This document shows, piece by piece, positions 28,064 to 37,117 of a stretch of DNA of 64,000 bases; position 1 is the stretch's first letter, and the number at the start of each line of letters is the position of its first letter. The stretch lies in the sequence record PP496439.1, one strand, 5' to 3'. Below the pieces are notes generated by a model. That model ran no database searches. It was not told the DNA's origin and saw nothing but the letters and a program-made list of their open reading frames with translations. Position numbers and translations under genes: made by a program.

Positions 28064-29227
28064 ATGAGCACTCCATTCCAAGAGTTCACCCTAGAAGGGT
28101 GGATTCGCTACATGAGAGATGAAAGCATCATCTGGCGCGCGTACGCTGATGGTCATCCGGATAAGGTCGAGTTCAGCCCGGAGTGGCGTGACGAGATGTA
28201 TCGGTTGATGGTGCAGTTCAAAGATCTGCTGCCGATGTCGTTTTCCAATCCGGTGTACGGCTTCACTGAAGGTTGGCTGGAAGGGCTCGGACTCCAGCCC
28301 TTTTATGGCGATGATCCGTTCAATCCGATGGTGCAACCGCTTAGCCACCCTCTGGTGCATGTGGGGCTTCCGTTTACTCTGAGCGAGCTGACGGCGGGCG
28401 TATGGGACTGTCAGTCCCTGAGCGCTCACCTGGAGCGTCCGCTGCTGGTCGATACATTCGAACCGATCCCAGTGCCATCTATTAGCCTGGACGCTTACAA
28501 AGCCGTCCTGACCGTACGGGACCGGGAAGAGATCGTGATGAGTGCGGGAACCCCGGTGAACTACTTCCTCTGGTTGAATAGTCCGATCACCGAACTCAAA
28601 GACGACTTCGACGTTTATCTGGCCAGCCTGACCAAGAAGCGCCGCTACAAAGTGAAGCAGGCACTGGCGACAGTGGGCACCGAAGAGAACCCGGCTATCA
28701 GCGTCAGTACTGGATCTCGTTTCGGCGAAGGGTTGTTGTCCGATCAGGTGAACAGCATCCTCGCGACTTTCGAAGATCCGGTGGACATCGAGTGCATGCT
28801 TCTTCAGCTGCTGTTCGGGGTGGCAACCTGCAATACCCATCCGCATCTTGTCGATCTGGTTTGTGCAGACCAGCAGTTGGGGATCTTCATCAAGCGCAAC
28901 GGCCACACGATGAATTTCCTCTACAACCGTGACCCGGACAACCGCGCTGACTCAGGCATCAACCTGCTGACCCAGTACGTGCGCCATCTGCACATGAACC
29001 GCCCGGAAGGTGTGATGTACGTGGACCCGACATGTCGATATCGGCCTGACGAGGACAGTATGAACACCTACAAGCGGGTGATCACCAACGAGAACCGGTA
29101 TCACCCAATGCCGTTCGTCTCGGCTGACCCTGCGCATATTGAAGGTGTGATTACCCCGGCGTTCATTGCAGGTCATTGGCAGATGTCGGCGTCCAATGGC
29201 CCGGCCAATCCTGAGATGATGGAGTAA
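28064..29227 (+). CDS. FemABX/GNAT-like protein 4
   Basis: DDFDVYLASLTKKRRYKVKQA is the clearest Fem-like motif. C-terminal YVDP...NTYKRVI. Confidence 0.6.
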   Translation: MSTPFQEFTLEGWIRYMRDESIIWRAYADGHPDKVEFSPEWRDEMYRLMVQFKDLLPMSFSNPVYGFTEGWLEGLGLQPFYGDDPFNPMVQPLSHPLVHVGLPFTLSELTAGVWDCQSLSAHLERPLLVDTFEPIPVPSISLDAYKAVLTVRDREEIVMSAGTPVNYFLWLNSPITELKDDFDVYLASLTKKRRYKVKQALATVGTEENPAISVSTGSRFGEGLLSDQVNSILATFEDPVDIECMLLQLLFGVATCNTHPHLVDLVCADQQLGIFIKRNGHTMNFLYNRDPDNRADSGINLLTQYVRHLHMNRPEGVMYVDPTCRYRPDEDSMNTYKRVITNENRYHPMPFVSADPAHIEGVITPAFIAGHWQMSASNGPANPEMME

Positions 29228-29229
29228 CC

Positions 29230-30177
29230 ATGGCAAAGCACAAGGTCAAAAGGTTGGAAATCAACCACATCTACGACTTCTACCCGTTGTATCAGGTGAT
29301 GTACGGGCGTGGCATGGAGACCAAAGCGTTCGAGGTCTCCAAGTTCGCCAAGATGGTGCTGGACTTCGAAGCATCAACCAGTACTCGCCGGAAGTGGGAC
29401 GTGCTGGAACCTTTCAGCGGTATCAGCGAGCATGAACACTTCTTCGCTGCGACCGGCCTGAACATCGAGCATTACACCGGCATGGACATCGTGGTTCCAG
29501 ATGGAGCCAAAAACGTCATTCAAGGCGACATCATCACCGACACCCTTCCGTTTCACGTCAACGCGGTGTTCGCCTTCTACTACAGCTTGCAGAATGTACG
29601 GGACGCCAAGACTGGCATGCACACGCGGGAAAAGCTGGTGGAGTTCTTCGACAACATCCTCGGCCATCTGCAAGTCAATGCGAACAAGAGCCGTATGCCC
29701 GCAGTGTTCGCTTTCCACCTTGACCAGCCTGAAGACCCTAATTACTATCTGACGTCCCGTGCCGACGTTGGAGGTGAACAGTCATGGACCGCACCCGCGT
29801 GTGGTCTGCTGGGGCAGTGGGTCAAGTGCAAACCGACTGACACTCTGGAAGTGAAGTGCAATCTGGACACCTGGTACAACCGTGTGCAGTGCACCGCGTA
29901 CGATCAGGCGGAGGATATCCAGATTCTGGTAAATGGGCGAGTAGTGGCGACCGTTGAGATCGAACAGCCGTTCACTCATCGGGTCTGGACCGAGCATGAG
30001 GTGATCGACATCCTGCGGGGTCTGGACTACAATCTGCACTTCCACATGTACAACGGCACCATCTCCAATTACGACTTCTTGATGACCCGTTTGGAAGACA
30101 AGCCCGTTCCCGGCTATGAAGAGGCTAATACTAATCAGATGACAACTGATATGCTGGTTGTCGTTAATCCGAGGTAA
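29230..30177 (+). CDS. Class I SAM-dependent methyltransferase-like protein A
   Basis: VLEPFSG (motif I), GMDI, IQGDI and AVFAFYYSL. Confidence 0.65.
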   Translation: MAKHKVKRLEINHIYDFYPLYQVMYGRGMETKAFEVSKFAKMVLDFEASTSTRRKWDVLEPFSGISEHEHFFAATGLNIEHYTGMDIVVPDGAKNVIQGDIITDTLPFHVNAVFAFYYSLQNVRDAKTGMHTREKLVEFFDNILGHLQVNANKSRMPAVFAFHLDQPEDPNYYLTSRADVGGEQSWTAPACGLLGQWVKCKPTDTLEVKCNLDTWYNRVQCTAYDQAEDIQILVNGRVVATVEIEQPFTHRVWTEHEVIDILRGLDYNLHFHMYNGTISNYDFLMTRLEDKPVPGYEEANTNQMTTDMLVVVNPR

Positions 30178-30179
30178 TA

Positions 30180-31097
30180 ATGGCTAAGCCCAAGATCCCT
30201 ACACGAACCATCCCCACGTTGTACCAAGACTGGGGGTTGTACAGCGCCATCTGCGAACTGCCGCAGGAGACGATGCTGATGATGTCGCGCTTCGTGGCAG
30301 ACCGGACCATCGAACATGCCGAGCGCCATGACCTGGAAAGTGTGGCGATCATGGAGCCCTTTAGCGGGCCGATCCCGTATTACGAGCCAGACATCCGAAG
30401 CTTCCTGACTCGCGCCCGTGTTGACCTGGATACGTACGATCATGTCGAGTACCTTGATCATGGTGGATTGTCGGAAGACAACAATATCATCATCGGTGAC
30501 ATCACCACCATCGACCTGAAACAGAAATACGACGTCATCTACGGCAGTTACGGCAGCTTGGCCTGCCTGCTGCTGGATCACACGCACAACAAAGCTTACG
30601 AGAAGTCGCACGCGGCGCTGGTCAACATTCGCGAGCACCTGAAACCCAACGGCATCTTCGTCCTGAACGCCAACGGATCCAGCGAAAGCCTGCTGAATAA
30701 CCTGTTGAACTCCGATGAGCCGGATCAAGAGATTCGCGTCCGTCCGGGATCGCAGTTGGGCAAGGCGTTCCGAATCAAACCAGACAGTAACGCGCTGCTT
30801 CGTTTCTCCTACAACGTGGAGTACGACCGACGCACCACCTGCACCATGTGCCACTACAGCGATATGGTGCTGTCTGTAAATGGAGTTGACATCCAGCGCT
30901 GGGAGGTGGAATCCCCGACGTATCTTGCGCCGCTGGATGAACCCGAACTAATTCGAATGGCAGGTATGGCTGGTTTCAATCTGGAAAACACTGAGTTCTA
31001 CGGATTGGACACCACCGGTTATCCTGCCTTCTTCAAAATGGATACGGTCTGCGACGGGTCATGGTCACCCGCCGAGTTCGTAGTCTTTCGCACCTAA
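30180..31097 (+). CDS. Class I SAM-dependent methyltransferase-like protein B
   Basis: IMEPFSG, IIGDI, YDVIYGSYGSL and HLKPNGIFVLN. Confidence 0.7.
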   Translation: MAKPKIPTRTIPTLYQDWGLYSAICELPQETMLMMSRFVADRTIEHAERHDLESVAIMEPFSGPIPYYEPDIRSFLTRARVDLDTYDHVEYLDHGGLSEDNNIIIGDITTIDLKQKYDVIYGSYGSLACLLLDHTHNKAYEKSHAALVNIREHLKPNGIFVLNANGSSESLLNNLLNSDEPDQEIRVRPGSQLGKAFRIKPDSNALLRFSYNVEYDRRTTCTMCHYSDMVLSVNGVDIQRWEVESPTYLAPLDEPELIRMAGMAGFNLENTEFYGLDTTGYPAFFKMDTVCDGSWSPAEFVVFRT

Positions 31098-31107
31098 CGA
31101 GGTTCCT

Positions 31108-32343
31108 ATGAGCGTTATCATCCCCACCGTAGCGATGGAGAGTGGTCAGCCAGACATGATCATTCAAGGCTGTTCCACGGGTCGCCTCTCTATGGCCGAG
31201 CCTAACGAGAGCGCCAAACCTAAGTCTTCCAAGAAGCTGTACGAACGTGAAGACCTGATGGCGTACGACAGCGAGTCGGAGCACTGGCAGAAGCAGTTGG
31301 CCCGCCGCTACGCTCACCACGGTGAGATGGTCGGTGTGTTGAACAACGTCGAGGTGGTGCCGGAAGCCACCTATCAGAACTTCGACATGAAGATCACCCC
31401 GTACACCGCGCAGTTGATGGACCAGAACGACCCCAACTGCCCGATCCGTTTGCAGTACATGCCGACCAATAAAGAGCTGGAGTCGATTCAGCGCGAAGAG
31501 ACCATGCACAACGAGCTGGGCGAGGAAGAGGACACCATCCCCGGTACCTCGGTCGTGCATCGCTACCCGCGTCGTGTCTTGTTCCTGACCACTACCCAAT
31601 GCGCCAGCTTCTGCCGTTACTGCACCCGTGCACGCATAGTCTCCCACGGCGGCGAAGCGGCGATCACCAAGAAGCACCTTGACGCCAGCATCGACTACAT
31701 CGCCGGGAACAAGGACATCGAAGACGTGCTGCTGTCCGGCGGTGACCCGTTCATCCTCCCAGACAACAAGCTCGACGAGATCCTCGGTCGTATCCGTGCT
31801 GAAGCACCTCACGTTCGCTTCCTGCGTATTGGTAGCCGACTGCCGGTCCAGATGCCGACTCGTATCACTCCAGAGCTGTGCGAGATTCTGGAACGCCACA
31901 ATGTCAACATGGTCAACATCCATGTGAACCATCCGAAAGAAGTAACCCCTCTGCTGGCCTCCCGGATGAAGATGTTGCGCAAAGCTGGCGTGATGATCGG
32001 CAATCAGGCCGTCATGCTGAAAGGCGTGAACGACTCCATCCAGGTGATGACCGAGCTGTGCTTGCGTATGGTCGAGATGGGCGTCCGTCCGTACTACGTC
32101 TACTCCAACGATCCGGTGGCCCAGGCCGCACACTTCACCGTGTCGCTGAAAGAGATGCTGAATATCAACGAGGGTATGCGTGGCTTCCTGTCTGGCCCGG
32201 CTATGCCAACCTTCGTGGTAGACGGCGTGGGTGGCTTGGGCAAGATGCCGGTGCAGAAAGAGTACGTCGGCTTCGATAAGAACGGCGGTATCTTCGCCCA
32301 GAACTTCGAAGGGAAAACGGCCCGCATGCCCCATCTGGAATAA
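31108..32343 (+). CDS. kamA: Lysine 2,3-aminomutase (radical SAM/PLP)
   Basis: HRYPRRV, CASFCRYCTR, SGGDP, RIGSR, NHPKE, NQAVMLKGVND, PYYVYSND and FVVDGVGGLGK. Confidence 0.92.
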   Translation: MSVIIPTVAMESGQPDMIIQGCSTGRLSMAEPNESAKPKSSKKLYEREDLMAYDSESEHWQKQLARRYAHHGEMVGVLNNVEVVPEATYQNFDMKITPYTAQLMDQNDPNCPIRLQYMPTNKELESIQREETMHNELGEEEDTIPGTSVVHRYPRRVLFLTTTQCASFCRYCTRARIVSHGGEAAITKKHLDASIDYIAGNKDIEDVLLSGGDPFILPDNKLDEILGRIRAEAPHVRFLRIGSRLPVQMPTRITPELCEILERHNVNMVNIHVNHPKEVTPLLASRMKMLRKAGVMIGNQAVMLKGVNDSIQVMTELCLRMVEMGVRPYYVYSNDPVAQAAHFTVSLKEMLNINEGMRGFLSGPAMPTFVVDGVGGLGKMPVQKEYVGFDKNGGIFAQNFEGKTARMPHLE

Positions 32344-32407
32344 GCGTTCCCAGACACTCCCTAGTTCCATTGTACAAGCTTCAAATGCCCCATTTGCGCT
32401 AGGTCCT

Positions 32408-32414
32408 GTAAATG
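32408..32414 (+). promoter_or_regulatory. GTAAATR element (within a CCCCATTT/AAATGGGG hairpin)
   Basis: Intergenic after kamA, about 80 nt before 32495. Confidence 0.35.
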
Positions 32415-32494
32415 GGGTTGCTTATCAGCGTTGCAATGTGTTACGCTGGATTGGACCCATATTATTCCGATAACCGAACCACCGAGGTATCACC

Positions 32495-32926
32495 ATGAGC
32501 TTCTCCGTAACCGTAGCTGCACAGACCATCGCTGCCCCCGAGTCGCTGGGTAGCCCGAAAGGCATCAGCGTCCTCGAAGCCAACGAAGGCTTTGCTGTCA
32601 TCGAATTCCAACGTCCTCGCGCCTCGAAGCGTGACCAGATTGCCGTCCCTCGCGTCCAGATCCTTTCCCTGAGCCACGGCAGCGCCGACGGCGACAGCGG
32701 TTACCTGATCGCTCAAGGCATGGCCGGTGTGGCCGACGAATTCGAAGCCGCAAGCTTCACCATCGAAGGCAACGTTGCCACGTTCGTGACCGCTGAAGGC
32801 GCCACTATCGAAACCGACGCACGTCTGACCCGTATCCTCGCTTACGGCGTGGAAGAGGGCGAAAACAGCCTGCTGGGTAAGCCGGAAAAGAAAGTAAAAC
32901 CGAAAGCAAGCACCAAGAAGAAGTAA
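32495..32926 (+). CDS. Hypothetical protein, likely abundant
   Basis: 143 aa with a GAGG SD, strong codon bias, a basic tail and its own terminator. Confidence 0.75.
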   Translation: MSFSVTVAAQTIAAPESLGSPKGISVLEANEGFAVIEFQRPRASKRDQIAVPRVQILSLSHGSADGDSGYLIAQGMAGVADEFEAASFTIEGNVATFVTAEGATIETDARLTRILAYGVEEGENSLLGKPEKKVKPKASTKKK

Positions 32927-32955
32927 TCAACACGGCCCGCGCCGGTTGAACTAAG

Positions 32956-32987
32956 AAAAAGCCCCTTCCGTTTGGTTGGGGCTTTTT
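32956..32987 (+). terminator. Intrinsic terminator (bidirectional form)
   Basis: AAAAAGCCCC...GGGGCTTTTT. Confidence 0.8.
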
Positions 32988-33006
32988 CGTTATACCGAGG
33001 TGTCCC

Positions 33007-33327
33007 ATGGCTAAAGACAGATTCCTGATCTACTCCAAAAACTGCTTAGGGTGTAAACACCTCGTTGATGGAGCCAAGAAGACCTACACTGCGTGTCACT
33101 ACAGTGAAGGCAACGAACGCTGCCCCGCGCAGTACGTCCAGATTATTACGGGTGTGGATATCCATGCCTTGGCTACTGAGTTGGCAGACGCCATCAGGGC
33201 TAACAATTCCAAGAAGTACGATCGGGTGAATGCCAAGATCGGTAAATTGGACACTGTGATTGCCAGCAGCGTGAAGCTGGCCGCAGACAACCTAATAGCA
33301 GGGGCCGGTGATGGCGAAGGTAAATAG
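33007..33327 (+). CDS. Small Cys/His-rich hypothetical protein
   Basis: CLGCKH...CHY...CP, with a GAGG SD. Confidence 0.65.
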   Translation: MAKDRFLIYSKNCLGCKHLVDGAKKTYTACHYSEGNERCPAQYVQIITGVDIHALATELADAIRANNSKKYDRVNAKIGKLDTVIASSVKLAADNLIAGAGDGEGK

Positions 33328-35281
33328 TAAGCAGGAAGGTTACAGCGCGGATAGCGTTCGGGCGCTGACCGGTCTGGAAGTAATCCGCAACAACATCTCG
33401 ATGTACATCGGGTCCACTGACTCTGACGCACTGTTCACTCTGGCTCGCGAACCGTTGGATAACGCGGTGGACGAGGCGCTGGCTGGTCGTAACGATGAAG
33501 TGTTCTTCCGTGCACACGGCACATGGAAAGGTTCAGCGTTCACGCCGACCGTCATGCTGATCGCAGACAATGGCACCGGTATCCCGATTGAGAAGCCGAA
33601 GGGTGAGACGCGTTCCGCACTGGAGATCGTGACCAGTCACGTGCACGGCGGCGGCAAGTTCAAAGACGCAGGCGCATACGCTGCATCGATTGGTACGCAC
33701 GGCGTTGGTATCAAGGCAACCAACGCCCTGTCCTCCTCGTTCTCGGCGTACACGTTCCGCAACAAGAAGTGGCACGTGATTCACTACAAAGATTCCAAGT
33801 TGGTCAAGCCGCCAGCGGAAGCCAGCGCACTAGAACTGAAGTCGCTGTGGGGTGAGCTGGGTGAGACCCGGAAGCGCGGCACCGTCATTCGCTTCTCTCC
33901 AGACTACAGCTTCTTCGACAAGGGCTCGTTCCTGTCCATTGCAGACCTGACCCACTGGTTCGAGCTGCGCGCCTACTTCAACTCAGGCATCAAGTTCCGC
34001 ATGGAGTATTCCCAGTCCAAGAAGGAAGACTTCAAGGTACTGGAGTTCTACCACGATGATGGTCTGAACGACTACATGAAGATGCGCTTGAAGGAACTCA
34101 AGTGTGAGCTGATGACCGACAACCACTTCTCGGTCCACACGCCGCATCTTGACGTGATCCTCGCATTCAGTGACGCCGATGGCTGCAAGGTGGACAGCTA
34201 CACCAACACCATGTACAACTCTGTAGGCGGCAACCACCAGCGCTCCACGTTCAACATGATCTCCGACGCGCTGGCGCCGTACGCAGGCAAGCACGACTTC
34301 CACAAGGACGACATTCGGGAAGGTGTGGTCGGCCTGATCAACTTCAAGATCGACACGCCGAAGTTCGCCAGTCAGACCAAGGAACGTTTGGCTGACCCCC
34401 GCTTTGAGATCCTGTGCACCGAGGAACTGGAGCAAGCACTCGCCAAGTTCTTCAAGAAGAACAAGGAGCTGGCACAGCAACTCTGTGAGCGTGCGGCTCG
34501 ACTGCGTAGTCTCAAGGAGCAGTTCAGCCTGACCAAGAAGGCAGCTGGCGCCCTCAAGAAGATGCGCACTGGTTCCAACCTCCTGCCGGGTAAGCTGACC
34601 GAGGTGAAGGAATGCCCGGTAGCTGAACGTGAACTGTTCACAGTGGAAGGTGACTCCGCTGCAGGTACTGCCAAGTCCGCCCGGATGAAGAGCCCGTATC
34701 GCTATCAGGAGACGTTGGCCCTCAAGGGTAAGATCCTGAACGTGATCAAGGAAGTCCAGAAGGGTAAGGGTGACGCTATCTGGGATTCCGTGGAGGTGCA
34801 GTGCATCTTGGTGTCCATGGGCTACAAGCCGGAATCCAAAGATCCTCTCAAGGACTTGCGCATCGGCAAGTTCATCATCATGGCAGACGCCGACGATGAC
34901 GGTGCCCACATCGCCATGCTGCAGATCGCCCTGATCGCCAAGTTCTTGCCCGCCATGTTCGACATGGGCATGGTGTACATCGCTGACCTGCCGAAGCGCA
35001 TGGTGACAATCAAGGAGAAGGGTCGGGACAAGATGTACTTCGGCAACACGGTCGATGAAATCCAAAAGCAGATCCCTCATATCAAGAACCCACCTATCGT
35101 GTACCTGAAAGGGCTGGGTGAGATGAGTGAAAACGCTTTGCGTGAGACGGCGTTCGACCCGGCCACCCGCAAGCTGATCAAGATCATGCCCGCGTCTGCC
35201 AGTGAACTGCTGGACATCGACCGACTCATGGGCGTAGATACGAGCGAGCGTAAGCGCTTGCTGGGCATCGAGTCGGAATAA
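33311..35281 (+). CDS. gyrB: Type IIA topoisomerase, GyrB/ParE-type subunit
   Basis: EPLDNAVDE, DNGTGIP, HGGGKF, GTHGVGIKATNALS, VEGDSA, LKGKILNV, ADADDDG and YLKGLGEM. Confidence 0.93.
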   Translation: MAKVNSKQEGYSADSVRALTGLEVIRNNISMYIGSTDSDALFTLAREPLDNAVDEALAGRNDEVFFRAHGTWKGSAFTPTVMLIADNGTGIPIEKPKGETRSALEIVTSHVHGGGKFKDAGAYAASIGTHGVGIKATNALSSSFSAYTFRNKKWHVIHYKDSKLVKPPAEASALELKSLWGELGETRKRGTVIRFSPDYSFFDKGSFLSIADLTHWFELRAYFNSGIKFRMEYSQSKKEDFKVLEFYHDDGLNDYMKMRLKELKCELMTDNHFSVHTPHLDVILAFSDADGCKVDSYTNTMYNSVGGNHQRSTFNMISDALAPYAGKHDFHKDDIREGVVGLINFKIDTPKFASQTKERLADPRFEILCTEELEQALAKFFKKNKELAQQLCERAARLRSLKEQFSLTKKAAGALKKMRTGSNLLPGKLTEVKECPVAERELFTVEGDSAAGTAKSARMKSPYRYQETLALKGKILNVIKEVQKGKGDAIWDSVEVQCILVSMGYKPESKDPLKDLRIGKFIIMADADDDGAHIAMLQIALIAKFLPAMFDMGMVYIADLPKRMVTIKEKGRDKMYFGNTVDEIQKQIPHIKNPPIVYLKGLGEMSENALRETAFDPATRKLIKIMPASASELLDIDRLMGVDTSERKRLLGIESE

Positions 35282-35340
35282 TCCGCCCCATTGCATACCC
35301 CGATCCGTTGCGCCCCGCCTGGAGCGTTATACGCGGTCGG

Positions 35341-35347
35341 GTAAATG
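35341..35347 (+). promoter_or_regulatory. GTAAATR element
   Basis: Intergenic, about 20 nt before 35367. Confidence 0.5.
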
Positions 35348-35366
35348 CTGGGTAGTGAGGTGAGTC

Positions 35367-35582
35367 TTGCGCAATACAACGATGAAGTCGGTCAAGTGCA
35401 CGACGTGCAAAGGTGAGGGATTCACGGTGGACACGTCTCGGTCCAAAGGATCGATGGATGAACAGATCAACAAGTGCTACACGTGCAAAGGCGAGAAAGT
35501 AGTAATCGTCAAGATTGTTGATCCGTCCCCGGAAGATCAAGTCAATCCGTACGCTGCCCTATACGAACAGGATAAGAAGTAA
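35367..35582 (+). CDS. DnaJ-type zinc-finger-like small protein
   Basis: CTTCKGEG and CYTCKGEK (CxxCxGxG repeats), with a GAGGTG SD. Confidence 0.6.
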   Translation: MRNTTMKSVKCTTCKGEGFTVDTSRSKGSMDEQINKCYTCKGEKVVIVKIVDPSPEDQVNPYAALYEQDKK

Positions 35583-37090
35583 TGGCGAAGGTAATCAGCA
35601 AGACGAAACTGGCCAAGGCTAAAAGTGGTATCGCGGCAGACCTGAACATCCGGGAAGTACCGCTTCTGGAATGGTCCATTGATGCCTACATCGGCACGTA
35701 CGCCACCATGACGTTGGCAGACCGAGCCATCCCGGATATGTACGATGGTCTGATGCCATCCGAGCGTCGAGCCATCTGGGCTGCTCACGTAGTAGGGGCC
35801 ACCCCGGATAAGAAGTTCATGAAGTCTGCCCGTGTGGTAGGTGACATGATCGGTAAGTTCCACCCGCATGGTGATACCTCAGCGTACGGCACCGTGGTCA
35901 AGAGCGTGAAGCATGTGAGCAATCCGTACTTCCTCGGCCAAGGTAACTGGGGCACGTTCGAAGATCCGAAGGGTTTCGCCGCAATGCGATACACCGAGAC
36001 TAAGTTGTCCAAGTACGCCATGCAGGTGTTGCTGGACAGTGACTATCTCGCGGTCACCGAGATGATCCCCAACTATGACGGATCGCTGGAAGAGCCATTC
36101 ATCCTGCCCGCACTGCTCCCCAACCTGCTGCTCAATGGTTCCTATGGCGTGGCTACCGGGGCCACCACCTACTGTCCGTCGTTCGAAGCGGAAGGCGTAA
36201 TCACGCTGATCCAGAAGCTGCTCAAAGGTCGTAAGCTCAAAGCCCGCGACTGCATGGCTAGCCTGGTGTTCGATAATCCGTACGGCGGCTACGCGGTCAT
36301 TGACGAAGATGACGAAGAGAGTACGGAGGAACTGGTCGCCCTGTTCGAAGGTGGGCAAGGACGGGTCTACTACTCTTGCGATTACGAGTTGCTGGAGGAT
36401 GAGCATGCCGCGTACATCCGAGGCTTCGTCCCCTACCAGTCGATCCTCAAGGGTGTTGAGAAGATCGCGGAGGACGAACGGGTAGCCAGCATCATCGATG
36501 ATTCAGATATCGATGACAACGGGAAAGGGTTCATCGCCTACAAGATCATTTTCAAGCGCAGCGTCAGCAAGATGATGTTGCAGGAAGTGGCGGATGATGT
36601 TCTGAGTGTCTTCGACAAGATGCAGAACTTCAAGATGAACGTCAACGAACGGGCCTGGAACGAGTACGAAGGAAAGGCCGACTGTAAATTCGGGATGATG
36701 GGCGTCGTCGGTATCCTCGAGAAGTGGGTCGCATGGCGACTGGCGTTGGAACAACGCTATCTGGAGTACAAGACCACAAGGCTGGAACAACGTAACTGGT
36801 CGCTTGACCTGTTGATCCTCGCGGGCAACTCCATTGACATCATCGCTGCTGGCCTGAAGCGTGACGACACCGAAGACTACATCAAGTCCAAGTTGAAGAT
36901 CGATGACGATCAGGTGGCCTACATCCTTGAACGTAAGGTGGCCCAACTCAAGAAGCTTAATCAGGACAAGTTGAAGGCAGAGCACAAAGCCAACTTGGCC
37001 CAGATGAAGCTGAACAAGGAGTGGATCAAGACTCCAGAGGTTCCTGTGGCGGCACAACTAAAAGACTTCGCCAAGACACTGGCTGAGTAA
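35582..37090 (+). CDS. gyrA: Type IIA topoisomerase, GyrA/ParC-type subunit lacking the C-terminal pinwheel
   Basis: DRAIPDMYDGL, KSARVVGDMIGKFHPHGD, AAMRYTE (catalytic Tyr) and PNYDG. Confidence 0.93.
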   Translation: MAKVISKTKLAKAKSGIAADLNIREVPLLEWSIDAYIGTYATMTLADRAIPDMYDGLMPSERRAIWAAHVVGATPDKKFMKSARVVGDMIGKFHPHGDTSAYGTVVKSVKHVSNPYFLGQGNWGTFEDPKGFAAMRYTETKLSKYAMQVLLDSDYLAVTEMIPNYDGSLEEPFILPALLPNLLLNGSYGVATGATTYCPSFEAEGVITLIQKLLKGRKLKARDCMASLVFDNPYGGYAVIDEDDEESTEELVALFEGGQGRVYYSCDYELLEDEHAAYIRGFVPYQSILKGVEKIAEDERVASIIDDSDIDDNGKGFIAYKIIFKRSVSKMMLQEVADDVLSVFDKMQNFKMNVNERAWNEYEGKADCKFGMMGVVGILEKWVAWRLALEQRYLEYKTTRLEQRNWSLDLLILAGNSIDIIAAGLKRDDTEDYIKSKLKIDDDQVAYILERKVAQLKKLNQDKLKAEHKANLAQMKLNKEWIKTPEVPVAAQLKDFAKTLAE

Positions 37091-37117
37091 CCCAATCCGA
37101 AACATGAGGCACATCCC

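Noticed and set aside
25673-28081. 802-aa minus-strand ORF, and similar long antisense ORFs (1117-2262, 3035-4507, 31033-32370, 33983-35296, 52825-54039)
   Set aside because: They mirror well-supported genes on the opposite strand and have no SD or motifs. They are the expected shadow of GC-rich codon bias.
29230-31097. Calling the MTase pair DNA methyltransferases
   Set aside because: No DPPY/NPPY or PC catalytic motif.
31108-32343. Interpreting kamA as epmB for EF-P modification
   Set aside because: No epmA or efp in the window, and the operon context is biosynthetic. Not fully excluded, since host EpmA could use the product.
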